DNA of 64,000 nucleotides from Escherichia coli (GTDB lineage Bacteria; Pseudomonadota; Gammaproteobacteria; Enterobacterales; Enterobacteriaceae): NCBI RefSeq assembly GCF_050320075.1, contig NZ_CP190018.1; one strand, 5' to 3'. Shown piece by piece: positions 52,762 to 62,693 of this stretch (position 1 is its first letter; each line of letters starts with the position of its first letter). The notes under the pieces were generated by a model. It saw only the letters and a program-made list of their open reading frames with translations, ran no database searches and was not told where the DNA came from. The position numbers and the translations under genes were made by a program.

Positions 52762-53938
52762 TTATATTCCTTTCATAATATTCTGAAGGAGTAATATTAC
52801 CTCTCATGAATAATTGATAGTCATTTTCGGGGTGATGGATATAATATTTACCACTTCCATCTTCACCATGTTGCAAAGGAGGCAGATCAGATAATGCATC
52901 CTTTACAGATACCCAAGATTCCTTATCTTCTGTTAATTTTTGTGGAGGTTCAATTGAAAATAAAGGGTCGTTTGAACCAACCAATATAACCCTTTTTCGG
53001 CGCTGAGGGATTGCATAATGTTCAGAGTTTAATATCCATCCATTCATAGTTTTCATGGTTGATGAGAATTCTTCTTTGACTCTTTCAAAGACCTTACCTT
53101 TTTCCATATTCAACAAACCAGCAACATTTTCAAAAATAAAACCGTTTGGTTTTATCTCATTTAAGAGAGATTTATAATGCATAAAAAGTGAATTTCTTGG
53201 ATCATCCATTGTTCTGGCATTTCCTGCCGTAGAAAATCCCTGGCATGGGGGTCCACCAAGTATCCATAATTGTTTATCAAAATATAATTTCTTAAATCCT
53301 GATATTTTATCTGCTATTTTTGAAAAAGTTTCATTATCAGAAATGCTGCCACATAAAACTTCTTTGTGAACATTGTTTGAATATGTTTGTAGATATTTTT
53401 CTTCAATATCATTCGCCAATAATGGAGTCCATCCAGCCCATTTGAATCCTAGTCCCAGCCCTCCAGCTCCGGAAAATAAATCGATATAATAACCAGTATT
53501 ACCTATCGCCTTCTCTATTTCTTTCGCAATCAGAAAAGCTAAAAATGGGGGCACTGCATTACCGATTTGGGTATTAATTGCTGTTTGACCTCCGAAGAAA
53601 ATAAAATCATCCGGGAACGATTGTAGTCTTGCAGCTTCTCTCTGGGATAGAACACGATCTTGCTCATAGTGAATATGGCAACCATTCCCAGGTCGGTTAA
53701 AATATGTATTGATAGTATATGCAGGCATATCTGGAAGTAATCTACCGTAGTATGTTGAACGGCTTCCTTTTCCTTGTGCATAACTATCCCTAATTTGCTC
53801 TATTCTTTTAGACGGTACATCTAAAGGAATATTTTTCCAGTTGCCACCTGGCGGTACTGAGTTAACAATCATCATATCCAATTCACTTAGCTTTGCTGCC
53901 TTGTGATTGGGAATCATAAATGTTTCACTTTTAGTCAT
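52748..53938 (-). CDS. DNA cytosine-5 methyltransferase with circularly permuted motif order (IX-X precede I-IV-VI-VIII)
   Basis: 396 aa; RLQSFPDDF (IX) and GNAVPPFLAFLIA (X) at aa 100-140 come before DLFSGAGGLGLGF (I), GPPCQGFS (IV), ENV (VI) and QRRKR (VIII). Confidence 0.8.
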   Translation of the reverse strand: MTKSETFMIPNHKAAKLSELDMMIVNSVPPGGNWKNIPLDVPSKRIEQIRDSYAQGKGSRSTYYGRLLPDMPAYTINTYFNRPGNGCHIHYEQDRVLSQREAARLQSFPDDFIFFGGQTAINTQIGNAVPPFLAFLIAKEIEKAIGNTGYYIDLFSGAGGLGLGFKWAGWTPLLANDIEEKYLQTYSNNVHKEVLCGSISDNETFSKIADKISGFKKLYFDKQLWILGGPPCQGFSTAGNARTMDDPRNSLFMHYKSLLNEIKPNGFIFENVAGLLNMEKGKVFERVKEEFSSTMKTMNGWILNSEHYAIPQRRKRVILVGSNDPLFSIEPPQKLTEDKESWVSVKDALSDLPPLQHGEDGSGKYYIHHPENDYQLFMRGNITPSEYYERNIKPSL

Positions 53939-55553
53939 AATGTTGAAAAATCCTCAATAAACTTTCTTTTTCAGCTAACTCAATCTTATCAAATGAAGAC
54001 AGAAGCTTATTAAATTCATTCAAATCCAATTTGTAAATATTTTTGGCAACATAAGCCTCAATTTTCAACTCAGCATCACAACATCCCTCTATGCAAGAAA
54101 TCACAAGTTGTTTTAATTCAGAATGTTGTAATAATATTTTTTCAGACGGTATTGCAGTTTTTCGTAAGGCTGACAATGATACATGACCAGTAGCTAAAAA
54201 GCTTCTTAATTGAAATTCAAAACAAAGGGAGTTTATAATACCAAGCAAACTAAAGAGCGAATCTTGCGAACCACTTTTATAATAGACCACCCCTAATGAA
54301 TTCCCTGCCAAAGAGTTAGGAGGTATTATCGTTGCAATCATTCGCCTTTTTTGACTCGGGCGTGAAATGTCACGCCATGCAATCCTTACGAAATTAGAAT
54401 TGGATAGAACCTTATCAATTTTTTTCGTTATTCTTAAGCTCTTCTCATTATGAAAATTATACCTCCCAATCATTTTTCCTTTAATGAATAATAATCCGCC
54501 GCCACTTTTTTGTGTCCAGTCACTACTACCAGTTTCATCTATTTCTCTTCCTGCCCATATCTCTCCATTTTTTTCCAGACTACCCCATGTTGGGTATCCC
54601 TCTTGCAGCTTTCTTAACAAATGAACGGCATGAACACCTTGAGATACCGGAATGCTAAGATATTGAGAATCTATACTAGACAAATCAAAAAAACCTAGTG
54701 ATTTAATATTTAAGTTTTTATCATACACACTAAGTTGAATATTATCATTAAGGGATTCACCTTTATTAAAAATAAAAGAACATGAAGAAACATCAGCACC
54801 GCCGAATAATTTAGCCTCAGCTGGATAATAATTTATGCAATCAATCCTCCCTGAATTAAAAAACTTTTCACGTAATATGTACGATTGTTCATCTGCGAAA
54901 AAAGATGCAGGCATAACTATAGCTACCAATCCATTTTTATTACATATTTCTAAGCTAAGTTCTGCACCAACACGTGAAAGATTAGTCCCCCACCCAGCAA
55001 ATTTACGCTTCGGCTGAGAATATGGCAATACTCTTGACAAATAATCATCAAACTCACGAAGAGAGTCTATATACATCGATTTCATAGATGGTTCAAAAAA
55101 ATCGAGCTCTCTAGAATCTGGTTTTATATTCTCCCAAGGCGGATTGGTTATAACACAATCAAAATAATCAACATATTTTTTAAATTCATAAAAAACATCA
55201 CTATTTTTTATAGTAATGTTAATATTTGCACCTGCTAACTTAAGTTCAGACAACGCATTTTTAGCATAAGTGAGGCCTGTATTTTCTATATCGAACAGAT
55301 AAACATTCCACTCTACATCTGGAAAACCATTTATCATCCATTGTTTAATAAGCAATGTAATAAGTCGACCATCCCCTGAAAATGGATCTGCGACATTATA
55401 ACTTTTTTTATCACAGGAATTTATCAATGGTAATAACTTCTCTATCATCAAAAGAGCTATTTTTGGATCTGTATAGTATTTACCTGTCGCTTTTTTAGTG
55501 AATTTTGTTGTCTCGTCCAAGGACAGTGAATTAATTAAATGGATATGTTTCAT
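53931..55553 (-). CDS. DNA amino-methyltransferase (N6-adenine or N4-cytosine), NPPW class
   Basis: ORF 53931-55571; likely start MKHIHLIN at 55553 preceded by a GGAAGAG ribosome-binding candidate; motif I VADPFSGDGRL and motif IV ITNPPW; 5 bp upstream of the C5 methyltransferase gene on the same strand. Confidence 0.75.
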   Translation of the reverse strand: MKHIHLINSLSLDETTKFTKKATGKYYTDPKIALLMIEKLLPLINSCDKKSYNVADPFSGDGRLITLLIKQWMINGFPDVEWNVYLFDIENTGLTYAKNALSELKLAGANINITIKNSDVFYEFKKYVDYFDCVITNPPWENIKPDSRELDFFEPSMKSMYIDSLREFDDYLSRVLPYSQPKRKFAGWGTNLSRVGAELSLEICNKNGLVAIVMPASFFADEQSYILREKFFNSGRIDCINYYPAEAKLFGGADVSSCSFIFNKGESLNDNIQLSVYDKNLNIKSLGFFDLSSIDSQYLSIPVSQGVHAVHLLRKLQEGYPTWGSLEKNGEIWAGREIDETGSSDWTQKSGGGLLFIKGKMIGRYNFHNEKSLRITKKIDKVLSNSNFVRIAWRDISRPSQKRRMIATIIPPNSLAGNSLGVVYYKSGSQDSLFSLLGIINSLCFEFQLRSFLATGHVSLSALRKTAIPSEKILLQHSELKQLVISCIEGCCDAELKIEAYVAKNIYKLDLNEFNKLLSSFDKIELAEKESLLRIFQHYD

Positions 55554-55785
55554 GTAAAATATCTCTTCCATTAATAATATGGATTATATCATTTAACTTG
55601 TGAACACTCAACAATAACTGTACATAAAAACAGTCATTAAAGATTTCCCCTAGAGTGAGCATCGCTATAAAAATTTAAATTAATTTTATCCTGCTCCGAA
55701 AGAAACAGTTATCATTTATTCCATAAAGAATAACTTGCTTTATAATCACTTTAAATATCGATATCAATTTTAATACTATGGTTAC

Positions 55786-56456
55786 TTACCATATCAATAA
55801 ATAGCTTAACCCGTTATCTCGATACCCCTTAAGAACCCCTTCCGCAACTGCAACATAATCTACGCTCATCCACATGCCTGGCTTTAACTGTTCCTGATAT
55901 AAGTTGACAGTTTTCTGTCCGTAAAACGGTTGATGAACTTCATCGGGCGTTTTGTATTTCAATGCCAAATGTGACCGCTCATGGTTATAAATTGCCACGA
56001 ATTCTTTTACCATTTACCGGCCCTACGTCAGCTCTGCAGGACGCGAGAGTAAAAACTCATTTTCAGGATTCCGTTTATCCACTCAGCCTGCGCATTCTGG
56101 TGGCAGTTATAACCATTAGTCATTGAACAGGTTATTGATAAATAATTAAAAAACTCAGCTTTCTGGCTCGCCTGCTCAAGCTGTTCTTCAAGTTCCCTGA
56201 TTCTTTGCTCGGGTGTCAGCGGGACAGTCGCCAGAGCCACAGGCAGTCTCCTCTTTACCTGGTCAGGAAGTCCGGGGCTCCAGTCAAGCCGGCCATATTT
56301 ACGCAACCAGACAAGAACGGTGGAGCGCCCCTGAATGCCATAACTGCAGCCGGCCTGTTTATAAGTCATCTCGCCTTTTTCAACCTTCTCAACAACGGCT
56401 ATTTTAAAGGATAGAGGATAATCACGTTGAGTGCGTTTGAACCCAGACATCATCAC
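55786..56456 (-). mobile_element. IS3-family insertion sequence remnant (orfA-like HTH ORF plus C-terminal transposase fragment; internally deleted)
   Basis: ORF 56028-56456 has an IS3 OrfA-type HTH/leucine-zipper region; ORF 55786-56013 has only the extreme C-terminus of an IS3 integrase-core transposase (YNHERSH). Confidence 0.6.
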
Positions 56457-56499
56457 GTTCTCCGGGTTTAAGTCAGGAACGTGTCATAGCTATTCAGGA

Positions 56500-56535
56500 C
56501 GGGTCACCGACACAAAAAAAGTCGCCCTTGAGCGA
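56500..56535 (-). terminator. Hairpin plus T tract (gtcgctcaagggcgac TTTTTTT on minus strand) next to the tRNA-end repeat
   Basis: stem gtcgc-ccttga-gcgac followed by a 7-T run on the minus strand. Confidence 0.5.
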
Positions 56536-56553
56536 CTCGATTTGCATACGGTA

Positions 56554-56576
56554 TGGTGCGAAGGCCGGACTCGAAC
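56554..56576 (-). repeat. 23-nt copy of the 3-prime end of tRNA-Leu (leuX-type), a genomic-island attachment-site repeat rather than a functional tRNA
   Basis: minus strand reads GTTCGAGTCCGGCCTTCGCACCA, the leuX T-arm/acceptor 3-prime end with one G deleted; no tRNA body upstream. Confidence 0.7.
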
Positions 56577-57264
56577 ATGTGACTTAACCTCATGATTTAA
56601 AATTGTTAATAATAAACAATATCATCTTATACCAACACAGATACCAACACGAAAAATCACTGGTTTTCGGCATCGAACCAGGACAATCAGCTCCTGATTG
56701 AGATACCGAGCTCTGTTACTCGTCATCTTCCTCGACAGGCTTCATTGCATCAAGTAGTACTCGCACCATCGCGATAGAACCAATCCGGATAAAAGCATCT
56801 TCTCCATCTATATCTGTTAACTGATATCGCTCACTTGATGCCGGATAAGTGTGTCGATTTGCAGCTGTGTACTCTTTTGTACAGCCAGAATGTGGCTGAC
56901 TGAGGTGGAGCAGATAATGTCCCCGTTGACCACTTCCGGACGGGAGGCTGTGATTTCAGACATAATTGATATTCCTTTTTGCAGATAAATGAAAACGCCA
57001 GCCCTGTTCAGGCTGGCGTCAGTGGAATGAAGTATGGTGAGTAATATTTATCGGTTCTGGTGCAGAAGCTGCAGTTGGCGCAGGGTACGGATACCCTCCC
57101 TGGCCTGTTCGATACAGGGCAACAGTGCTGCCGAATCCGTTTTATCCTCATCGTTGTCAAAGATAATTCCCGATTCGCAGTCGATATTGTCCTGCAGCCA
57201 CACAATCAGAATATCCAGCGCCGTTTCTGTGGTTAATGATTTCATCCTGTGTCTTTTGTCCTGG

Positions 57265-57765
57265 TTACCAGTTGAAAGTGGGTAAATCCTGCAGACATTC
57301 AGCACCGGCATCCAGATGAATGAGACTGACGCCATAACGCCGGATGAGTGTGACAACCAGACGGCGGAACGTTCTGGACAGCCCCAGGCGTTTAAGCCGC
57401 AGAACCGGGTATGACCACGCATCGGTACGTAACAGATATCCGCTACCTGTGAAATGAATCCATTCTGATTCGCCGGTGTCATTCGTCTGATTTGACAGCG
57501 AGTACAACCAGGCATTGTCCGTTTCCGTGATATGTGCGGTACTGCAGCGTATGCCGGTAAGGGCCGCAGATGGTGGCGTGCGCTCTGCTGATGTCCGGTC
57601 AGATTCATCAACAACACGAAGGGAGTAACCGTTATCGCAGACCACGTTAATCAGTTCAGCGAGAGTAACACCATCGACGTCAACGACAATGCGCCCCATG
57701 TTCAGTGCCTGCACGTTAATGCTGTCGGCTTCCAGCGTCAGGGCCAGTTTCATTGTTTCGCCCAC
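57265..57765 (-). CDS. YeeW-like protein of CP4-type cryptic prophage; start uncertain
   Basis: 166-aa ORF directly downstream of the cbtA-like gene, as yeeW follows yeeV in K-12 CP4-44. Confidence 0.5.
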   Translation of the reverse strand: MGETMKLALTLEADSINVQALNMGRIVVDVDGVTLAELINVVCDNGYSLRVVDESDRTSAERTPPSAALTGIRCSTAHITETDNAWLYSLSNQTNDTGESEWIHFTGSGYLLRTDAWSYPVLRLKRLGLSRTFRRLVVTLIRRYGVSLIHLDAGAECLQDLPTFNW

Positions 57766-58127
57766 GGATGTTTACCCAGGGTAATGTTATTTACCGTTCT
57801 GTAATTGTCGCGGGCCATCAGGCCGGTTGCCCGGCGGGCCCGGAGGATATCAATACTGTTTATTAACTGAGAACGAGTACAGACGCTGAATCCCGGCTGG
57901 TCGGTACGCACCAGTGCGTATTTTTCAACGAGAAAGTTCACCGCATCACACAGTGAAATGCCTGCCTCAATATGCTGCTCAATCACACGTTCATCAGCGA
58001 ACGGTGTGTCATTCAGTGTGAGGCCGTAATGCTGGTCCAGCAGTCGGGTGAGCAGTGTCTGCCAGATGGTGACGGGAGACTGGCAATGCGATGCCTCCCG
58101 TACGTGTGTATCGGGTAATGTGTTCAT
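57750..58127 (-). CDS. cbtA: CbtA/YeeV-family toxin (cytoskeleton-binding type IV toxin)
   Basis: ORF 57750-58268 trimmed to MNTLPDTHV (125 aa); matches YeeV/YpjF/CbtA from memory. Confidence 0.8.
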   Translation of the reverse strand: MNTLPDTHVREASHCQSPVTIWQTLLTRLLDQHYGLTLNDTPFADERVIEQHIEAGISLCDAVNFLVEKYALVRTDQPGFSVCTRSQLINSIDILRARRATGLMARDNYRTVNNITLGKHPWAKQ

Positions 58128-58216
58128 ACTGAAGATTTTCCTGATATGCAGAGATGAAAAATGGAAAAGTGGCGTGGTGAAAGCACCAGGCCGGAGAAGA
58201 AGGTTATTCTGGAGAG

Positions 58217-58585
58217 TTACTTTTTCGTTTCGGGCGTCGGATAAACAGCCATATAAACGTAGCCACAACTGCCGAGGGTGTCGGCTTCGCAGGTCAGCCT
58301 TTTTGCATACAGCGTGACGGTATGCTGATGGCGGGGATTCAGTTCACCGCTGGTGAGCATGAGTTCCAGTTGTTTCATCAGCAGCGGAAAGGCCTGGTCC
58401 AGATGGTACGCATCCGCGTCGCTGAACCGGCCTCTGATACCGGCGCGGTCTGCAAGGTAATGCAACCGGTTACCCTCCTGCACCAGACGTGCCCCAAAAC
58501 AGGGCGTCACGGTGCAGGGCAGTCCCCACCAGGTGCGGTCGTTATTGTCGTCGGGAAGCGTTGTCCCGGGGAGTGTGTCTGACAC
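58217..58585 (-). CDS. cbeA: CbeA/YeeU-family antitoxin
   Basis: 122 aa; immediately upstream of the toxin gene. Confidence 0.8.
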   Translation of the reverse strand: MSDTLPGTTLPDDNNDRTWWGLPCTVTPCFGARLVQEGNRLHYLADRAGIRGRFSDADAYHLDQAFPLLMKQLELMLTSGELNPRHQHTVTLYAKRLTCEADTLGSCGYVYMAVYPTPETKK

Positions 58586-58664
58586 GATAAAATCCTCACA
58601 GAAAATTGGTTAAGAATGGTCCGGTGGTGGCGATAATTCTGCTCTTCTGAATGCCCTTCCAGAC

Positions 58665-58886
58665 TCAGTTCAGGGTGACGCTCATCAGCCGGACATACGG
58701 ACCAAAACTGTCCTTACGGCGTTCTGCAAACACAGCCAGCACACCGGGAATATCCTGTACTTCACGGCCGGTATATGTATCCGTGCTACCGTGCCAGCGG
58801 TATTTACCGGTACAGAACGGAAAAAGACGGGATGCAGGATGCTGACGGTGAATACGCATGGCTTCACCACGGGTGATGATTTTCAT
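58665..58886 (-). CDS. DUF987-type small protein (YeeT/YpjJ-like)
   Basis: 73 aa; conserved position between radC-like and antitoxin genes in CP4-type elements. Confidence 0.6.
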   Translation of the reverse strand: MKIITRGEAMRIHRQHPASRLFPFCTGKYRWHGSTDTYTGREVQDIPGVLAVFAERRKDSFGPYVRLMSVTLN

Positions 58887-58972
58887 GAGAATAGTCCTCC
58901 TGAATGTGAAAGTAAGAAACAGCTGAGAAAGAGAAACTGAAGTGATATGAAGGTGATTGTGACGGTGACGGG

Positions 58973-59449
58973 TTAAAGCAGACCGTGTTCGGCAAAGGAG
59001 AATACCTGGCTGCCACCGACTATCAGATGGTCCGGCACCCGGATATCCACCAGGGCCAGCGCCTGTACCAGACGTTCAGTGATAAGCCGGTCTGCCTTAC
59101 TGGGGGTGACTTCACCGGACGGGTGATTGTGCGCCAGCACCACGGCAGCGGCATTGTGGTACAGGGCACGTTTAATCACCTCCCGGGGATGGACTTCTGT
59201 GCGGTTGATGGTGCCTGTGAAGAGGGTTTCACCCGCAATCAGCTGATTCTGGTTGTTCAGATACAGCACCCGGAACTCTTCCCGCTCCAGTCCTGCCATG
59301 TTCAGAATCAGCCATTCCCGTGCCGCATGCGTGGAGGTGAAGGCCACGCCGGGTTCATGAAGATGGCGGTCCAGGGTTTTCAGGGCCCGCTGAATGAGGC
59401 TGCGCTCGCCGGGCGTCATCTCTCCGGGCAGAAAGGAAAGCTGTTGCAT
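58973..59449 (-). CDS. RadC-like JAB-domain protein (YeeS/YfjY family)
   Basis: 158 aa; JAMM-like motif HNHPSGEVTPSKAD. Confidence 0.8.
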   Translation of the reverse strand: MQQLSFLPGEMTPGERSLIQRALKTLDRHLHEPGVAFTSTHAAREWLILNMAGLEREEFRVLYLNNQNQLIAGETLFTGTINRTEVHPREVIKRALYHNAAAVVLAHNHPSGEVTPSKADRLITERLVQALALVDIRVPDHLIVGGSQVFSFAEHGLL

Positions 59450-59463
59450 TGTTCCGGCCCCTT

Positions 59464-59973
59464 TCAGTCAATGATGCGCATAATGGCGTTGCATTCCGGA
59501 TGTTGCAGGGCGTAATCCCGCAACCGGTAATAATGGACCGTCATGGCATAACACTCCGTACGACAGGCATGATGACTGTACGTCATCAGACAGGCAGCAA
59601 TGCCGGCGGCTTCCGGGCTCATTTCAGCGCGGTTACCGTTCATGGCATTGAACAGTACCCAGGTTTCTCCATCATCTTCATCCGGTTCGGGCGCCATAAA
59701 TGCGCCGCCGTTATTCAGGGTGTACAGATTCCAGATACCACCGCAGTAGTCTTCACACAGACGGTCCATCCAGCCGAAGACACGGGGCTCCAGGGTCACC
59801 CACTGTGGAATGAGGCCAAAGTGCTGCGGCCAGAAGCTGATGCGCTGTTCATCAGGGACGGGAGTGGCAACCAGTTGAGACTGGTTATTCCCTGATGCAG
59901 TAGTTACGGAAACAGAAGGTGTGGTGGAATTATGCGAAGAGGTTGTCATGAGATTATTCCTTATAAAAAGCAA
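59464..59973 (-). CDS. Antirestriction protein (KlcA/ArdB-like, YfjX family); start uncertain
   Basis: 169-aa ORF matching the CP4-type antirestriction proteins from memory. Confidence 0.7.
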   Translation of the reverse strand: MLFIRNNLMTTSSHNSTTPSVSVTTASGNNQSQLVATPVPDEQRISFWPQHFGLIPQWVTLEPRVFGWMDRLCEDYCGGIWNLYTLNNGGAFMAPEPDEDDGETWVLFNAMNGNRAEMSPEAAGIAACLMTYSHHACRTECYAMTVHYYRLRDYALQHPECNAIMRIID

Positions 59974-60040
59974 ATGAATGGAAGAATGCCTGGGGACTGG
60001 TACAGACGTGAGTCAGGGCTGCACTTTCAGGGAAACAGCA

Positions 60041-60859
60041 TCAGCGCATGCTCTCCAGCAGCGTTTCTGCCATCACCCACAATGCGCGGTTGAGCTTAAT
60101 ATCGGTGTCGATGCTGTGAATGGCACGGGTGTGGATACGTTTTCCTCTGGCACTGCGACCGGAAATTCCGCCTTTCAGCATATTCTCCTGGATGGTCTGA
60201 TAAGCACTCCACAGGTCCTTACCGTAATCCTCCCGGCGTCGTGGTGTCAGAATGTCGGCAGTGGTGACTGGCTGATGTTTGTCACCATAACGGTAAGTCA
60301 GTGCCGCCTGTGCCAGCGCCTGGCGTGCCGGTGGCGGCAGGACCAGCGACTGCATGGCATCACGCTTCTCCTCTATCCGGTCAAAAACCCCCACCACCTC
60401 GTAAGCCCCTTCAATAACTTTCTCCACCACATTTCCCCGGTGCGGAACACGCACTTCCCCCAGAGACTGACCACAGACGCATCCGTTCTGGCAGACGAAC
60501 CTGAAGTAACCCGGCAGCATCTGGTAGCTGGAGGTACCGTCATGAGAGTTGAGCAGAATAATTTCAGGGACATGTTCTCCGTTTATCTCTCCGGCCCGCC
60601 GCAGACGCAGCATATGTTTGGTGTATCCCCGGCGGCCCGGGTCGCGCACACGGGTCTGGCAGGCGAAGAACGGCTGAAAGCCTTCCCGCTGCAGACTTTC
60701 CAGCACGGTGATGGTGGGGATATACGTATAGCGTTCACTGCGGGAGGTATGCCGGTCTTCCCCAAAAATACCGGGTACATAGTGCATCAGTTCTTCGTGT
60801 GTCAGCGGACGGTCACGGCGTATCTGATTCGCATAACCAAAACGACTGGCTAATTGCAT
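60041..60859 (-). CDS. DUF932-family protein (YfjQ-like)
   Basis: 272 aa; conserved member of CP4-type prophage remnants. Confidence 0.7.
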   Translation of the reverse strand: MQLASRFGYANQIRRDRPLTHEELMHYVPGIFGEDRHTSRSERYTYIPTITVLESLQREGFQPFFACQTRVRDPGRRGYTKHMLRLRRAGEINGEHVPEIILLNSHDGTSSYQMLPGYFRFVCQNGCVCGQSLGEVRVPHRGNVVEKVIEGAYEVVGVFDRIEEKRDAMQSLVLPPPARQALAQAALTYRYGDKHQPVTTADILTPRRREDYGKDLWSAYQTIQENMLKGGISGRSARGKRIHTRAIHSIDTDIKLNRALWVMAETLLESMR

Positions 60860-60948
60860 ACTTTGCTCCTTATGAATGAATTAGCGGTATAAACGAAAAG
60901 GCCGCGTCTCCCGGAGAAGACGCGGCCTGATGGATGAAATGAAGACGT

Positions 60949-61158
60949 TTATTGCCTGAGAATTCCCTCACTGGCGAGATACGAATTTAGCTGTTTTCCG
61001 GCATCAGGTTCAAAATTCCAGCACCGCCAGCGTAGCTGCCCTTCGGCATTGCGGATAACCAGCCGGAAATGCGTTCCCTGGTCATCTTCAATAAGCACAT
61101 TGCGGTAAGCTGTTGTGACGGCAACCGCCTGTTCGCGTGAGAAAGGGCCTTCGGGCAA
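60949..61158 (-). CDS. Small conserved hypothetical protein of CP4-type elements
   Basis: 69-aa ORF in the expected gene string; no recognised motif. Confidence 0.4.
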   Translation of the reverse strand: MPEGPFSREQAVAVTTAYRNVLIEDDQGTHFRLVIRNAEGQLRWRCWNFEPDAGKQLNSYLASEGILRQ

Positions 61159-61187
61159 TAAAACAGGGTGGCAGTCCTACATACCGG

Positions 61188-61865
61188 CTATTTTCCGATA
61201 AATTCAACGCTGGCGCCGGTGGCATTACCGTCAGCACCAACCGTGACGGTCACTTTGTCGTACGCACGGTCTTCAGGATTGAATACTTCAAACTCAACCT
61301 TATTGCCTTTTACTTCGTAAGAGCCAAAATCAGCGGTTTCTGTTGTTTCCTCGTCATATTCCCGGGCGTATGCCTGCCGGGCAGCCTGCAGGACGGAATC
61401 TTTATTAATAGTGGTCGTCTGTTTCGGGGAAAAACCGGCAAGTGATGTGACAAATTTCGGACAGACCTTCAGCATATCACCGCGGGTGAATTCCATTCGT
61501 ACACCAAATGCCTGTAAAACGGACACATCACGCTCTGCTATGGAGTGAACGGCTTTTTTGACCATTTCCGGCGCCTGTCCGATTTCCACCTCAACAGCCC
61601 TGAATCCCGTCTGCTGATTACACATTTGTGATGTGGGGATCAGGTTACCGTTAATACTGATACGGCTGCCCAGGAGCGTCTGTACACCATTCGGGCATCC
61701 CTGCATCAGGCCGGTAATACCAATCGTGCCATTTTTCAGCATTACCAGCGCCTGACCATCTTCCGTCATGGTCTGACACCAGCCGTTTTTGACAGCCCAG
61801 TTGCCGGCGGAGGCGGAGAATGATGCCACAGTGAACAGCAGGGGAAAAAGAGCTCTGGTATTCAT
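61188..61865 (-). CDS. Secreted protein with N-terminal signal peptide (YfjT-like)
   Basis: ORF 61188-62012 trimmed to MNTRALFPLLFTVASFSASA signal peptide. Confidence 0.5.
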   Translation of the reverse strand: MNTRALFPLLFTVASFSASAGNWAVKNGWCQTMTEDGQALVMLKNGTIGITGLMQGCPNGVQTLLGSRISINGNLIPTSQMCNQQTGFRAVEVEIGQAPEMVKKAVHSIAERDVSVLQAFGVRMEFTRGDMLKVCPKFVTSLAGFSPKQTTTINKDSVLQAARQAYAREYDEETTETADFGSYEVKGNKVEFEVFNPEDRAYDKVTVTVGADGNATGASVEFIGK

Positions 61866-62012
61866 GACTGACCTCTGAAATGAACGTACGGTGTTATTGA
61901 TAATGATGGAAGGTATGCAGTGACTGTTCAGGGAATGACGTAGCCGTATATTTAGTTTTCTGTTCAACATATTGTCTCCATACCTGTCGGGACGGCTTTG
62001 GCAGGCCGGCAA

Positions 62013-62693
62013 TCACAGGTTAAAGGTGTTGATAAGTTTATGGATGAAAGAGAAATGTGGCAGGGCGGAGATAAAACGCTCTTCAGCGACCAGACTGTGG
62101 ATGTGGCCTCTCCGTTCAAACCGTTCTGATGTCAGGCTGACTGATTTGATATCTGCCAGAGGAAAGACCTGCAGTTTTCCCTTCTGTAACGCGATCAGAT
62201 ACCAGCTACCGCTGTAATAAATGAGCCGGCAGGGCTCCAGTGACGGATACCATCGCTCAGTCATCAGAGAGATGTGGATACACTGTCTTATTGCCAGGAT
62301 GAGTTGCGAGAAACACTCGGGGAACGTTGCAGTGATATCCGGCGCCGGTAGCCAGATAAGGCAGGGAGAGGGCTCCTGGTTGTCGGTAAGACAGGTTATC
62401 AGTCGTCCGTTCCGGAGCGGAAGTATCCGTGCGATCCCGGTATTCTGTATAAAAGAAAGCATTTCAGGGATCGCACCTGGGCTGCTCTGTCGTCTGAGGC
62501 TGTACCTGCCATTTCTGTACTCTAAATCCAGGTGAACCAGACGCTGATGAAAATCGCGCTGTAAAGTACGTTCTGTAACGCCAAATTCATCTGACAGTGT
62601 TTTTAGTGACAGAGATTCTCCGGCCATCAGTCGGCTGATAATGAGTGATAAGCGAACCGCCAGGCGATCATGCCGGGAACGATTATCAGACAT
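62013..62693 (-). CDS. YfjR-like HTH transcriptional regulator
   Basis: 226 aa; N-terminal HTH (LKTLSDEFGVTERTLQRD) and C-terminal effector-like domain. Confidence 0.7.
   Translation of the reverse strand: MSDNRSRHDRLAVRLSLIISRLMAGESLSLKTLSDEFGVTERTLQRDFHQRLVHLDLEYRNGRYSLRRQSSPGAIPEMLSFIQNTGIARILPLRNGRLITCLTDNQEPSPCLIWLPAPDITATFPECFSQLILAIRQCIHISLMTERWYPSLEPCRLIYYSGSWYLIALQKGKLQVFPLADIKSVSLTSERFERRGHIHSLVAEERFISALPHFSFIHKLINTFNL

Noticed and set aside
56554..56660. Possible complete tRNA gene on the minus strand
   Set aside because: Only the last 23 nt (T-arm and acceptor 3-prime end) match tRNA-Leu; the sequence where the anticodon and D-arms would lie is AT-rich and unrelated, so this is an att-site remnant.
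57048..57617. 189-aa ORF overlapping the YeeW-like gene in another frame
   Set aside because: Same strand and largely the same DNA as ORF 57265-57765, which is in the position expected for a yeeW homologue; only one can be real and this one lacks supporting context.
59449..60853. 148-aa and 291-aa ORFs on the + strand
   Set aside because: Antisense to the antirestriction and DUF932 genes, which are in the conserved CP4-type order on the minus strand.
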